Assembly (NCBI GenBank): GCA_964016885.1
Contig: OZ024741.1
Span: 309,938,001-310,002,000, forward strand
DNA: 64,000 nucleotides
DNA from: Eledone cirrhosa
Lineage: Eukaryota
Direction of reading: 5' to 3'
Below are positions 1-11,500 of this stretch, piece after piece. Under the pieces are notes generated by a model, which was given only the letters and a program-made list of their open reading frames with translations, had not been told where the DNA came from and ran no database searches. Position numbers and translations under genes: made by a program. How positions within the stretch are numbered: position 1 is the first letter of the stretch; each line of letters opens with the position of its first letter.

Positions 1-1754
1 TTCATCATCAATTTTTTGTCATATATTTCTTGGCTTATACCCAAGGATATACAGTAGTAATTAACCAATTAGTTGACCCTTCAATTACCAACCCAGCCAA
101 AACTACCACTGATTCTATGAAACAAAGTCGTCTATTTTAAAGAGTTCTTATTTAAATTGACATCTTCCTATGTAATTGTATATAAGAACCATATGTTAAG
201 TTTCAATTTTAGTAATGAAATAATCAATAATTCCGGTAACTCCCTCAAAATTCTTAATTAAATAATTAAAATAAAGTGCAGTTCATTAGAAATATGGTCA
301 CAAAAGGGTTAGTCTGTTGTGTGACATCAATTTGTTGTAAAAAGTGTTACAATAAAATAAATATGCACATCTAGAGCGTAAACAACATTTCAAAATATTT
401 TTATTGTTTAGTCAAGAATGGATGGGCAGTGTCTATGGCTGTTCATCCAAGACTGGTGGGATGGAGAAAGATATTCTTAAGCAGGAGACTTGGCCCAAAT
501 GTTTGAACAGAGTGATGGTGTTAAATGAGATAATGGATGAAGTCTATCACATAAGTATGCACCAGTGGGGTTTGAACTCAGAGCATCAGAACAATTAAAT
601 ATGGCAAGGCATTTTATCCTACACCCCCAACTACTCTGTAAAAATACTGAGAGATAAACATATATACAAAAAAAAAAAGGTAAAAAGCCCTTAACTCCTG
701 ATGGAGTCATAGGGTTGCCGTCCTGACATGTGGCATATCTTGAGTGCCCATCCCTCTCCAGCTCGGAATACAGACCATTTCTTCTAGAGAAAGTGATAAA
801 GACAGATTGAGGAAAAATGAATGCCAGTACTGGACTGGTATTTTATTTACCAACCTTGAAAGAAAGAAGGGCAAAGTTGAACTCAGAGCGCAGTGAGTGG
901 GAACAAATACCAAGGTATTTTAAATTCAACACCCTAATAACTCCACCAATATTCCACCTTCAAACATACACAGACACAGCAATATATAAACAAACACATA
1001 GATACATACACATACCCTGATGGTGTTCTACAAATCAATAGGCTACTGGAAATTAATTTAAGGTTTCTCAACTGAAGAATATGATATATATTGATTTATC
1101 ATTCATGTGTTTCACTGGATGTGTGTGTGTTGTATCTGATATGCTTCACTATCTACGTGAGTGTGTGTTTTGTCACTTATGTGGAGAGGAGTATATGTGC
1201 TGTCGTTGATGCATGTAAGTGTGCATGGCTTCATTTGGCTTTAGTTCAGTTAACATAAATAGAATGCTTACAGGCAGTATTGCACAGACACACACAAATA
1301 AAATACACACTAGCTATCATGGAAATAAAATTTGTTGACACAAAATATATTAATTATAACATATGTGCATGCATGTTTGTGTAGAAAATGTGAAAGCTGT
1401 TCTGCTGTAACTTCCACCACCACCACCATTAGATACTATGCATCTTGCACCCCATTTTACATACATCATCTCCGCTTGCTGCCCACATTTTTCATTTGAT
1501 TCCCAGCCTTGATTGAAGGCATTCCAGCACTACACTATTCAAACTGTTTTTCCTATTTTAAAACAATGGAGTGAGATTTTAGTGAATGATAAAGATTTAG
1601 CTGCTATGTCTAGCAAGTCGAGTGACCACACATTGGATCTTTTGTTGGCTTGTGTTTGGAGTGAATGACTCTGTAAGACAGTGATGATCCAATGTTAGTT
1701 AGTGGTCAAGGGCCAGTAAACTTAACCATGAAAGCAATAAACAGGACTAAAAGC

Positions 1755-1986
1755 ATTAATCCTTTTGATATTAAACTGCCTGAAACCACTCTGGATCTAT
1801 GGTTATAAAACTACTAATTTTAAAATATTTATCCTATATTAAAACCTTCTATTATAAATTTTGTTAAGTAGTGCTCTAAATATCAGCTTACTCATGAAAA
1901 ACCTAGTTATTTTATTAATTTTCTCCAAATATAATTGAAAACCATATGGAAGGTACTTAATTTGAAATCAGTAATGAAAGGGTTGA
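1755..1986. mobile_element. piggyBac-like MITE family with TTAA CCCTTT...AAAGGG TTAA ends; other copies at about 72-251, 39145-39304, 43643-43882, 50624-50830 and 51289-51492
   Basis: Recurrent 160-240 bp AT-rich units with decayed CCCTTT/AAAGGG termini and TTAA-like flanks. Confidence 0.65.
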
Positions 1987-2295
1987 CTTTTAATAATAAT
2001 AATAATAATAATAATGAAATTATTGTGTACAGTGCTCAGGTGCACTACAACTCATCAAAGGTGCATGTATAGTACATAGAATAATGTAATGTACAAATGT
2101 CAGGAAAATGAACAGTGTATGAGTCATGATATAATAACAATAACAATAATGAAATATTGTGTACAGTGCCCAGGTGCACCACAACTCATCAAAAAAGTGC
2201 ATGTACAGTACATAGGGCAATGCACAAACATCAGTAAAATGAACAGTGCACGAGTCATGATACACACATGTGTGCATGTGTATGGAAGGGGTACA

Positions 2296-5061
2296 TCAGG
2301 TGTAGTTTTGGCGTATTTCGGGAAGCATGAGTGTCTTAAAGGATGCAGTGTCTCGGCAGCTAACAATTGACGCAGGCAGTTTGTTCCATGCTTTAGCAAC
2401 TCTGAGCGTGAAAAAATGTCTGCGAAAGTCATGGGAGCTGTGCTGTTTTCTTATCTTGTAGGCATGTCCACGTGTGTTAAACACATGGAGATCAAAGAGG
2501 CGCTCAGGGTTGCAGTTGGCGAGATGGTTAAAAACTTTGTGGGTATTCACCAAGTCCATTGCCAGACGTCGGAGCTTCAATGAATCCATGCCCAGGGAAG
2601 CAAGGCGTTCAGAGTATGGTAGGTGTCTGATGGAGGGTATGCGCTTGGTTGCACGTCTCTGAACAGTTTCCAGGAGGTCAATGTTCCGAGCAAGATAGGG
2701 GTTCCAGACTGATGATGCGAATTCCAAGTGTGGTCGCACCATAGCTGTATACAGTTTTAAATAGATGGCTGGAGAGCGGCTAACAAAGGTCTTGCTGAGT
2801 GATGCCAAGACACCCTCGGCCTTCTTGACAATCTTAGAGACATGCTTTGTCCAACGCAAATCGTTGCTCACAGTAATACCCAGGTCATGTTCACAAGAGG
2901 ACTTTTTGATGTCAGTGTTGTGGAGGGAGTATGTGGACGCTGGATTTTTCCTTCCAAAATGCATGGTGGTACACTTGTCCACAGCCAGCTTCAGTTGCCA
3001 GCCTGTGATCCATTGCTGCATTGTGTCCAGGTCTGACTGTAGGAAAGAGTTGTAAATTTCAGGATCAGTCCTTTTGATTTCAAGGTACAGCTTGATGTCA
3101 TCTGCATATTTTAGTACCGTGGCATTCTGTAAGTTGGCATCTATGTCATTAATATATGCCACAAACAAAAGAGGACCAAGAACAGATCCCTGTGGTACAC
3201 CAGATGACATCTCATATGGTGAAGAATGCTGTCCTAGAACCGTGACTACTTCCTTTCGGCTGAGAATGAAGGATTTCAGCCAGTCGAAAAGATCATCCCT
3301 CACACCCATTGCAGAGAGTTTTGCCATAAGTCTTTTGTGTGGCACAGAATTAAAAGCCTTAGCAAAGTCAAGGTAAACAACATCCACCCATGAGCCGCTG
3401 TCAGTGATCCGGGTGATGTCCTCAAGGAACTCGATAAGCTGATCACAGCAGCTGGAGTTAGGGATAAATCCAAACTGTGAGGGCCGGATGAGGCTGCGAG
3501 AGCTCCAGAAGTTCCAAAGTGTTTCTCTGACACAGGATTCCATCAGTTTGGCCATACAGCTAGTAAGACTGACTGGACGATAGTTGACAGGTGACATGCG
3601 GTTGCCCTTTTTGAACAGGGGAATGACACTGGCAGTTTTCCACTGCTCCGGAGTAGCACCATTGCTGAGACAGTATTGAAAGAAAAAAGAAAGCTGGCGC
3701 AAAAGGAAATCCCCGCCACGTTTGAGAAGCAGGTATGTCTCACCATCAAGACCAGGGGAGGCATAGTTGCGCTTATTCTTAAGGTGACGTCGCAACATTG
3801 CAGGTGTAAATTCCATAGTTGTTATGGAATTTGATGTTAGAGATGGTGGAGATGGCACATTCTGGTTTTCAACCGTAAAAATACTTGCATAGCACTCAGC
3901 AATGAGTTCTGCGCATTCCTTGGGATCGTCAGTGATCTGGCTTGTGTGGGGATTGCGAAGAGGACCAACTAGAGAGTGAGGTCTCTGCTTTGAATGAACA
4001 TATTTCCAGAACACCTTACTGTCAGGATTGGTTGCGATGCACTGTTCAAATTCAAGCACTGCCTTCTTTGTCACTTGCTTGAGATGGTTAGAAGATTTAT
4101 TCCGCTTTTTTCTGTTGGCATCTGATCTATGCAGTTTATATTCCCGTTCAGCGTTCCGACGTTCTTTCCTGGCAAGTCGGACCGCTGAAGTTTCCCAGAT
4201 TGCACTTTTGGGGTGGTTATTTTTCCACTTCCGTGGCACTGATGCTGCACACGCTATCCATATTGAGTCCAGGATGCTCTGGAGTATAGAGTTCACATCT
4301 CCAGAGTTATACATCTCATGCCAGTTTGGGTGCTGTAGCTCAGTGCAGTACAAGTTCCAATCCGCCCTCTTCCAATCAAAGCAAGCAGATTGGAGATGGC
4401 TCTGGTTTTTGTTGCTGCCCTCAAGTGCCAGATTGGCAATGATCATAGCATGATCAGAGTCGCCTAGAGGTTCCTCAGTAGTACAACTGATAACCACCTC
4501 AGGAGTAGTGGTGAAGATCAGGTCCAAAGTGTTGTCACCTCTTGTTGGAGAGGTGACTACTTGTGACCAGTTTGAGTCCAGCACTAGTTCAAGGAAATCG
4601 TTTGCACCCTGTGGCCAACGAAAGGTTTCCCAATCGATCTCAGGATGATTGAAGTCACCTGCAATAAACACATAAGTGGCTGTTTTCTTGGCAGCAACTC
4701 TGAGGATATCGCAAAGCTGTGTGTCCTGATGGTAGTTTGGGGGGCGATAAACAACACCAAGCAGAAGTGTTGACATGGTCATACGTATGTCACAGAAAAA
4801 AACTTCTTCCTGTGATTCGTTCAAATCAACGCAAGGAATTACCGAAAAGTTTGAACGAACGTAGACCATCACACCACCACTACGGCGGTTAATGCGGTCC
4901 TTGCGGAAAAGGTTGTACCCAGTAATGGTGAAAACCCCATCACAGAGTAAGGAATGTGCCCATGTTTCCGTGACTGTGATGAAGTCAGGGTCGATGCTTC
5001 TGACGTAGGATTCGAACAGATGTATCTTGTTGCATAAACTGCGAGCATTTAAGGACAACAA
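2296..5061 (-). CDS. CR1 ORF2: apurinic-like endonuclease plus reverse transcriptase (921 aa from a TTG; the frame is open to about 5169)
   Basis: APE motifs LNARS, TETW, VYRPP, GDFN, LDL and SDH; RT motifs YLDFAKAF, QGSVLGP and YADD; CR1-type C-terminus TRGH...FFTLRVAKAWNKLP; no stops. Confidence 0.96.
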   Translation of the reverse strand: MLSLNARSLCNKIHLFESYVRSIDPDFITVTETWAHSLLCDGVFTITGYNLFRKDRINRRSGGVMVYVRSNFSVIPCVDLNESQEEVFFCDIRMTMSTLLLGVVYRPPNYHQDTQLCDILRVAAKKTATYVFIAGDFNHPEIDWETFRWPQGANDFLELVLDSNWSQVVTSPTRGDNTLDLIFTTTPEVVISCTTEEPLGDSDHAMIIANLALEGSNKNQSHLQSACFDWKRADWNLYCTELQHPNWHEMYNSGDVNSILQSILDSIWIACAASVPRKWKNNHPKSAIWETSAVRLARKERRNAEREYKLHRSDANRKKRNKSSNHLKQVTKKAVLEFEQCIATNPDSKVFWKYVHSKQRPHSLVGPLRNPHTSQITDDPKECAELIAECYASIFTVENQNVPSPPSLTSNSITTMEFTPAMLRRHLKNKRNYASPGLDGETYLLLKRGGDFLLRQLSFFFQYCLSNGATPEQWKTASVIPLFKKGNRMSPVNYRPVSLTSCMAKLMESCVRETLWNFWSSRSLIRPSQFGFIPNSSCCDQLIEFLEDITRITDSGSWVDVVYLDFAKAFNSVPHKRLMAKLSAMGVRDDLFDWLKSFILSRKEVVTVLGQHSSPYEMSSGVPQGSVLGPLLFVAYINDIDANLQNATVLKYADDIKLYLEIKRTDPEIYNSFLQSDLDTMQQWITGWQLKLAVDKCTTMHFGRKNPASTYSLHNTDIKKSSCEHDLGITVSNDLRWTKHVSKIVKKAEGVLASLSKTFVSRSPAIYLKLYTAMVRPHLEFASSVWNPYLARNIDLLETVQRRATKRIPSIRHLPYSERLASLGMDSLKLRRLAMDLVNTHKVFNHLANCNPERLFDLHVFNTRGHAYKIRKQHSSHDFRRHFFTLRVAKAWNKLPASIVSCRDTASFKTLMLPEIRQNYT

Positions 5062-5117
5062 TTTGTACCCTGCTCGCAGTTTATGATGGTGTGTAGAGGG
5101 TGGCAGGTTGTTCTGGT

Positions 5118-5524
5118 TTAGTTTCCCAGAGTTGTAGCAGTTTTTACATCGCCAGTTATTGTGGGTAGATCACACTCAGACCAGCTGGTATCTCTCTTCC
5201 ACGTTTCACCAGCCTTGACAAACCTCCAGATCTGCCCATCATCACGCAGACTGAAACTTTCATCTTGTGCTGAGTTCCGATTCAAGGAAGCTGCAGCACG
5301 TAGTTTTGGACGTACATGGGGTGGTAGGCCTGGGCGTGTTCGGAAGGTAATCCGATTTTCACGCCCAGCTTTATTAGAGGCCAGATGATATGAGGTTGCC
5401 TCTGCGGGGTCCGAGAAAGACAGCCTGATGAGTCTGGGTTTTGGACCAGGTCGACCAAGGCGGAGGGCACCCTTTGGGGGAACACAGCCTAGGTCTTTGA
5501 CACAGCCTAGGTCTTTGACACAGC
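5118..5524 (-). CDS. C-terminal fragment of CR1 ORF1 (RRM-like nucleic-acid binding protein)
   Basis: RLGRPGPKPRLIRLSF resembles the RLG...RP..V.F motif of CR1/L2-type ORF1p. Ends LGN-stop just upstream of the ORF2 endonuclease. Confidence 0.8.
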
Positions 5525-5526
5525 CT
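5482..5526. repeat. 18-bp tandem repeat (ACACAGCCTAGGTCTTTG x2.5) at the LINE 5' junction
   Basis: Units at 5482-5499 and 5500-5517, partial unit at 5518-5526. Confidence 0.95.
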
Positions 5527-8500
5527 TTTAACACTCTATACCACATGAAACCACATTAGCAAGGTATTCTTGAAAAGTACAAAGCAGCATGATAACTAAA
5601 TCACATTAAAAATTAAATTCATTACTGTAAATTTTCACAATGACTTTTCCACTAGTAAATTTACTATAAACACTTGAATTAACAACCTGTTTTTAGACAT
5701 CTTCTGCTAATTCATTTCAGGATGTTAAGAATTAAAGTGTTTTAATTGTTCATTTTCAATTCAAAGTTCAAATTCTAGAGCAGTCAACTTAACTCTCTGG
5801 TAGTCATATGTCATATATCGGCAGTCGATTGACTTTCGTCAAATGTTTTCATTGGTCTTTCCAAATGCTAATACTATCTATAGGTTGCAACTCCAGGTAG
5901 AAGGAGCAACATGAATTAAAGTGTCTTGCTCAAGGACATAACGCATTGCTCGGTCCGAGAATCGAACTCACAACCTCAAGATTGCGAATCCAATTCTCTA
6001 ACCACTCAGCCACACGCCTTCACACACACACACATATATATATAATTTAACAGTTGCTTTCCCTACTAGCAAAGGTTGAGTGGGTCTGCATAGAACAAGT
6101 CAGTTATGAAGCAATGCTACTGACCCCCCTGACAGGTCAAGGGATCACCATCTCACGTACAGTCATATGTTCTATAGGGTGCAAAGGAGAGGTTGTCATG
6201 TCTTTTGACACACACTGAATGGTCCTTCCAAACCCTTGTTTGACAAGCTTTCTACAGCTGGATACCATTCCTAACACCAACTACTTTACAGCATGTAATG
6301 TCTGTGTTTATCATGAAGATTACCAACACTAGGGAGGTTGTCATGTCCTTGACACAACTGACAACTGAAGGGCCCTTCCAACCTTTTGTTTGGCAAGCTT
6401 TTTATGGCTGGATACCCTTCCTATCATCAACCATTTTAGAGCGTTTTTCATGTAGATCACCAACACTAGAGAAGTTGTGTCTTTGACACAACTGAAGGAT
6501 CCTTTCAACCCTTTTAGGCAGGGTTTCTACAGCAAGGTCTATGACAAGCTGAATAATACTTATCATAGTGTAGTTTTTGAGGCAATATTTTACACCCAGA
6601 TGCCCTTCCTAGGACCATCTTTTTTAGTCACATCTTAGGACATACAGGGGTATGATGTACCTATCTTAACCTGTGTACATACAATATTGGTAAGATTAAA
6701 GCAACATATTAGTCTCAATTAGCTGAGAGAAGAGAACACTTAAATGGTTTCATACATACTAGAAAAAAATCAGATAGCTGTGACAATTGGGTACAAGGTA
6801 ACCAGTTTGTTGGTTTCTTACCTGTTACTGGCATTGCAAAGTATGCAAAGAATTGGGTCAAAATTGCACTGAAATTTCACACACACCCAGAACAGTAATT
6901 ACAGCTATTTGGGTTTTTTTCTTCTATATATAGCAATTTATCTTATTATTATTGTTTAGTCAGGGAGGGAAGGGCTGTACCTATGACCCCTTTCAGAGCC
7001 TCTAAAATTGGTGGAAGGGAAGAAGACTTGGCCTGATGCTTGCAATGAAATGGACTCTGCGAAAGGCTCCTAAGAGCAAGGTAACTTTGTTAAACAGGAT
7101 GCCAGATTATGTCTACCACCAACACAGGGCACATCAAGATTTAAACTCAGAATGGAAAGTCTCTAAAGAAATACGAGAAGGTACCTTGTCTGACACTGTA
7201 ACAATTCCAACAACTCTCCCTAATACTTGATTGGTACTTTATCAAAACAAGGAGGACGAAAGGTAAAACTGACCCTGACAGAATTTGAATTCAGAGTGCA
7301 GATAGCTGGAACAATTACTAAAAGGCATTTTTTTCTACATTCCAATGTAGTTGTTGTATCTAATTCTTCCCATAGGAAACATTATCTAGAACAGTCAAGC
7401 TTCCTATTGAGAGAGACTTCTCACGCTTGTATTCAATTTAATTTAAACTGAATATAGTGGAGAAGATTCAGTCAACTGTATCTGCTCTTCCAAACAAAAT
7501 TGACCTTATGTTTTAAGACAGGTGTCAATGATCAGATAAAAAAAACACACACAGGGAAGACATATTAAGTGAATATGTTATTTTTGTGAAGTTTTGGCAA
7601 GGTTAATAAGTCTCTCACCTCTTTTTAGACACTCAGAGTGAAGATTTTAAGGGAGAATTGAAATATGTATTTCCACTAAATGAAAAATATTCCTGTAACC
7701 CTTTATAATATAATTCCAATTTCCACTTGTGTGGTGCATTGAATGCAAATCAGTCATGGCATAGTCCAAATCCCTGACTAGCTCTAGGTTTAGGGTACTG
7801 GTTACTGCTCAACTTTCAAGTGCAAAGTGTGACAGGCGAATTAGATAGCATGCACTAGAACTGGAAACCAGTTCATAGAACCAACTGACTGGAAGAGCGG
7901 AGAGGGGCTTAGGTAGAGGTATTTTTACCACCAATCTGCAAGTCTTGCATCATGAGGATCCATCAACATTTGAAAAACTATATATAAACATTAGAAGTAG
8001 ACACCATGCTATGCTGTCTTAAAATCGACTGCAGAGTTTGAACTTGAAATATAGTGTTTGAATCGAGATAAAGAATGAAAAAAAATTGCAAATAAACAAA
8101 CATATTTTTTTATATTCTTTTACTTGTTTCAGTTAGGAGACTGCAACTATGCTGGGACAATGCCTTGACATAGGGCAAATTATTCTGACTTATCATTCTC
8201 AAAGCACCACCACCACCAGTAGGGTTAATAAGCTTTAACCTGTTATGTATCCATATTAAATATATGACATATACGCAGATACAAACACAAAATACACTTG
8301 TAAGCATACAGAGGTAGACGCAAATAGATACATACACACATGTGCGCTCAATGCAAAATAGTTGATAAACAAAAGAAATATGAGTTAAATAAAAGATTAA
8401 GAGAACCATTAATTTCTCCTTCAATGCCTTTTGAAAAATACACTATACTCTCTAAATACACACCAGTAAATGCATGTACTTATACACATACTCACACCAG

Positions 8501-11500
8501 CACATGCAAATACACACACCAACACACACACACAAATAACATAAAAGTTTTGATATACACAAATGTTGAAGAGAGAATAATTATTGAACCTGTCTAAGAA
8601 AAACGGGAAGGTACTCAACAAAAACATGTGGTGTAGTTATCAATAAAGACATTTCCTATGATTTAGTTAATGAAATGGAATTCTTAAAAAGAAATGGCAC
8701 AGCATTATCATAATATTTAAATGATGAGCCATCTTTATTTTTATTATTGTATCTAATTGTTGAGTTATTATTATCATTACTATTATTTACAAGAGTGTGG
8801 AGGGGGATACAGAGGTTATTTTACCCTTCCACTATGGCATAATATACATGTGTGTCCAAGTACATAAAATTACAGACAAGAATTTACAATGAAGTACAGT
8901 ACACATATAAAATGTGTATGTATATGTATCTATATGTATGTATGGTTATGTACTCCCAGGTCCCAAATAATGGGGGGGGGGGGTTTACATTTGCTTAAAT
9001 TCTTATAAGCAGGGGGTTGGGAAATCGGTAATAGTATAGTGTACGTTTGTAAATATGGGATTTCTTGTAATGTTCTTTTTTTGTCATATATATATAATGA
9101 TTTTTTAATGTAAAATAAAATTATTATTAGATTTTCCAGCTGCTGTATCGATATGAATCACTTACAATAACATTTCGCCAAAGATAGATTAGCAAAATTC
9201 AATAAATGGCAGAGTTGGAAAAAATCTGAAAAATTAATAAGTAGGGAAGAGGCTATTATCAAAACCTGAGAAAAGTGTGAAAGATTTTTTAATCAGTTTC
9301 AATGACGAATGTGCCAACTATTCAAAGAAGTGTGACTGAATGATACACAAACAGTGGGGTATAATATGAAGTAACTAAGCTGTTTCTCTGAATTACTGTT
9401 TCCGTCTATCTAATTTCACTTACAATTCTTGAGTTGATCTGATACTATAGTAGCAGACACGTGCTCAAGATGTCACACAATGGCAGTGAATATAAAACCT
9501 CAAGGTGGCATCCAATCGAATCATTTTCAACAGAAACTTCCGTTTTAAAAATAGTCTTAGTTACCTCCCTTGAAATTTTTTACCTTTAACAAATGACAAT
9601 AACATGAATTATTTCCCTTCAATTGCTCTACAAAGCTGCAATAGATTGGTTGAATATTTTTTTTCTGCTTGAAAATTTCTATGTGCAGATGCAAGAAACT
9701 TGAGATCTTAGAGTAAGATATTGGGACGCTATGTTGTTCATGGCTTTTCCAGGGATATTTTCATGGCACAAACAGAAATGAGTTCAATAGAAATGAAAAT
9801 GAGCTACAGATTGAACTTGCAAAATAGGCTTTAGTACCAATGCACTACATCTACAATATTCATGGTTAAGACAAATCTTGTTTGCTCAGCTGTTTGTATG
9901 ACTTAGGAAGCTTGGACAATAAAGTCAGATGGCATACAATGACAGTTTGGAGGAAAACTAATACAATGCAACTGATAGAGACAAGAGAAATTACCCTTAT
10001 ATGCTCCTAATTCCAAAATAAAACTGAAACATATAGAGACCATATAAAACAAAAACAAACCAAAAAAATTGGGAAAAAAAAAATCAGTAATCTCTGAAAC
10101 TGAAAACAATAATCAAAATATACATAATACAAAATAAATAAATTTCAAAATCTCAATTAAAATTAATTTGATAAATTGATAAGGAAAAATATAAAATAAT
10201 ATTTGCTATAATATTTTGATGTTTCTGTTTATTCTATGTTTGAGGTTGCAATCATATAATCAAAATCTAGACTGGAAATATATGTTTTTGCAATCATATA
10301 ACGAAAGCTATATATATTTCTAGGCCCAGGATACATGTCCTAAAACAATGACAATAATAAATATTCTGAATCCAATGCATTACTCATGAAGAATTCAATG
10401 AGAAATTTCTTAGCAATTTGCTCAAATCAACTGATAGGCTTCCCAAAATATTGTCATATTTGTTCATTGACTAAGTTATATTTTCTCTTAAAATTAATGA
10501 TATCACCTTTCATTCATAACAATAGAAAATGATGATTTAACATTTTCTTAGGTAAGTGTAGCTTAATTCTGTGCCAGAATATTTATTTCTATCATTGTGA
10601 ATTGTATTTTGGGGCTAAATGAACATATGACTTTTATTATAAATATGTAACCTCAACCATTTCTATGCAAGTGTTGTTATCAACCTGTATGACAACAGGG
10701 GTATAACAGTAACATTTGTTACTGCTATGCCCCTGGTTCTGAGATTTTTTTGTGCAATACTCCCTCACAATAAAATCTAATTCAACCGAGGCCATATTTT
10801 CACAGCAGGTAAAGCCTCATATGATAAAGATAAAAGAAGAGTTTCTTTTTCTTCTCTGTGAGGACATAAGGACAAGAATGTAAATGAGAATATACATAAT
10901 TCTGACTAATAGTTAATAGTTGGAGCCACTCAAAGTGACAAGGTGCTGGGTCTTCCAGCTGAAAGACCAGCTATTTATATATCATTAACACTCAATTGTT
11001 CAAACCCAATTTACCAAACTGTAAAAACAAAATGGTACCATAGGGTAGTACAACTCACTTCTATAAGAGTGCGAAGAAGAGCGAACACGATTAATGAGTG
11101 CTTTGTTTAGATACAAATATATTTTGCCAAAGCTATTTGAGAAAGCAGCAAGGAACCATTCCAGTTAATCCCTCTTAACAAAGCACCTAAATAGATGAAA
11201 CCTTTCCCCATTTTTTTTATGTCTCTTTATGTCAGAGTTGAGTGTATTAGAAAGGAAATACAAACAATTAACAAAACAAAAATAGAAAGAAAGAAAAGAA
11301 AAAGAAAAACAAATTAATAAAACAGCAAAACAGTAAACACCTGCTGCAACAATTCGTGCAAATTTTTGAATTTGCAGAACCATCCCACCCACCAATGCTA
11401 ACAAGTGTGTGTGTGGGGAGGGGGGGGGGAATCAACTGTTATGACATAAACCACATAAGTAACATCAACATGTATTATTTAACAAAAAAGTATTTAATTT

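Larger units (their letters stand above)
1987..5531 (-). mobile_element. CR1-clade LINE, 5'-truncated within ORF1, with intact ORF2, a doubled 3' UTR and an (ATT)n tail
   Basis: ORF1 fragment plus APE-RT ORF2; (TAA)n tail on the + strand at about 1991-2015; candidate target-site duplication CTTTTAA at 1987-1993 and 5525-5531. Confidence 0.95.

Noticed and set aside
2296-2760. Extension of the A>G editing signature into the ORF2 coding end
   Set aside because: Differences from the 23.5 kb and 37 kb copies are mixed in type and direction, consistent with ordinary subfamily divergence.
2474-4453. Plus-strand ORFs overlapping CR1 ORF2 (likewise 32509-34359 over the RTE)
   Set aside because: Antisense shadow frames of retrotransposon coding sequence.
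5940-6021. tRNA-like sequence with A and B boxes (also 12170-12240 and 55683-55770)
   Set aside because: These are SINE heads continuing into shared SINE bodies, with no complete cloverleaf.
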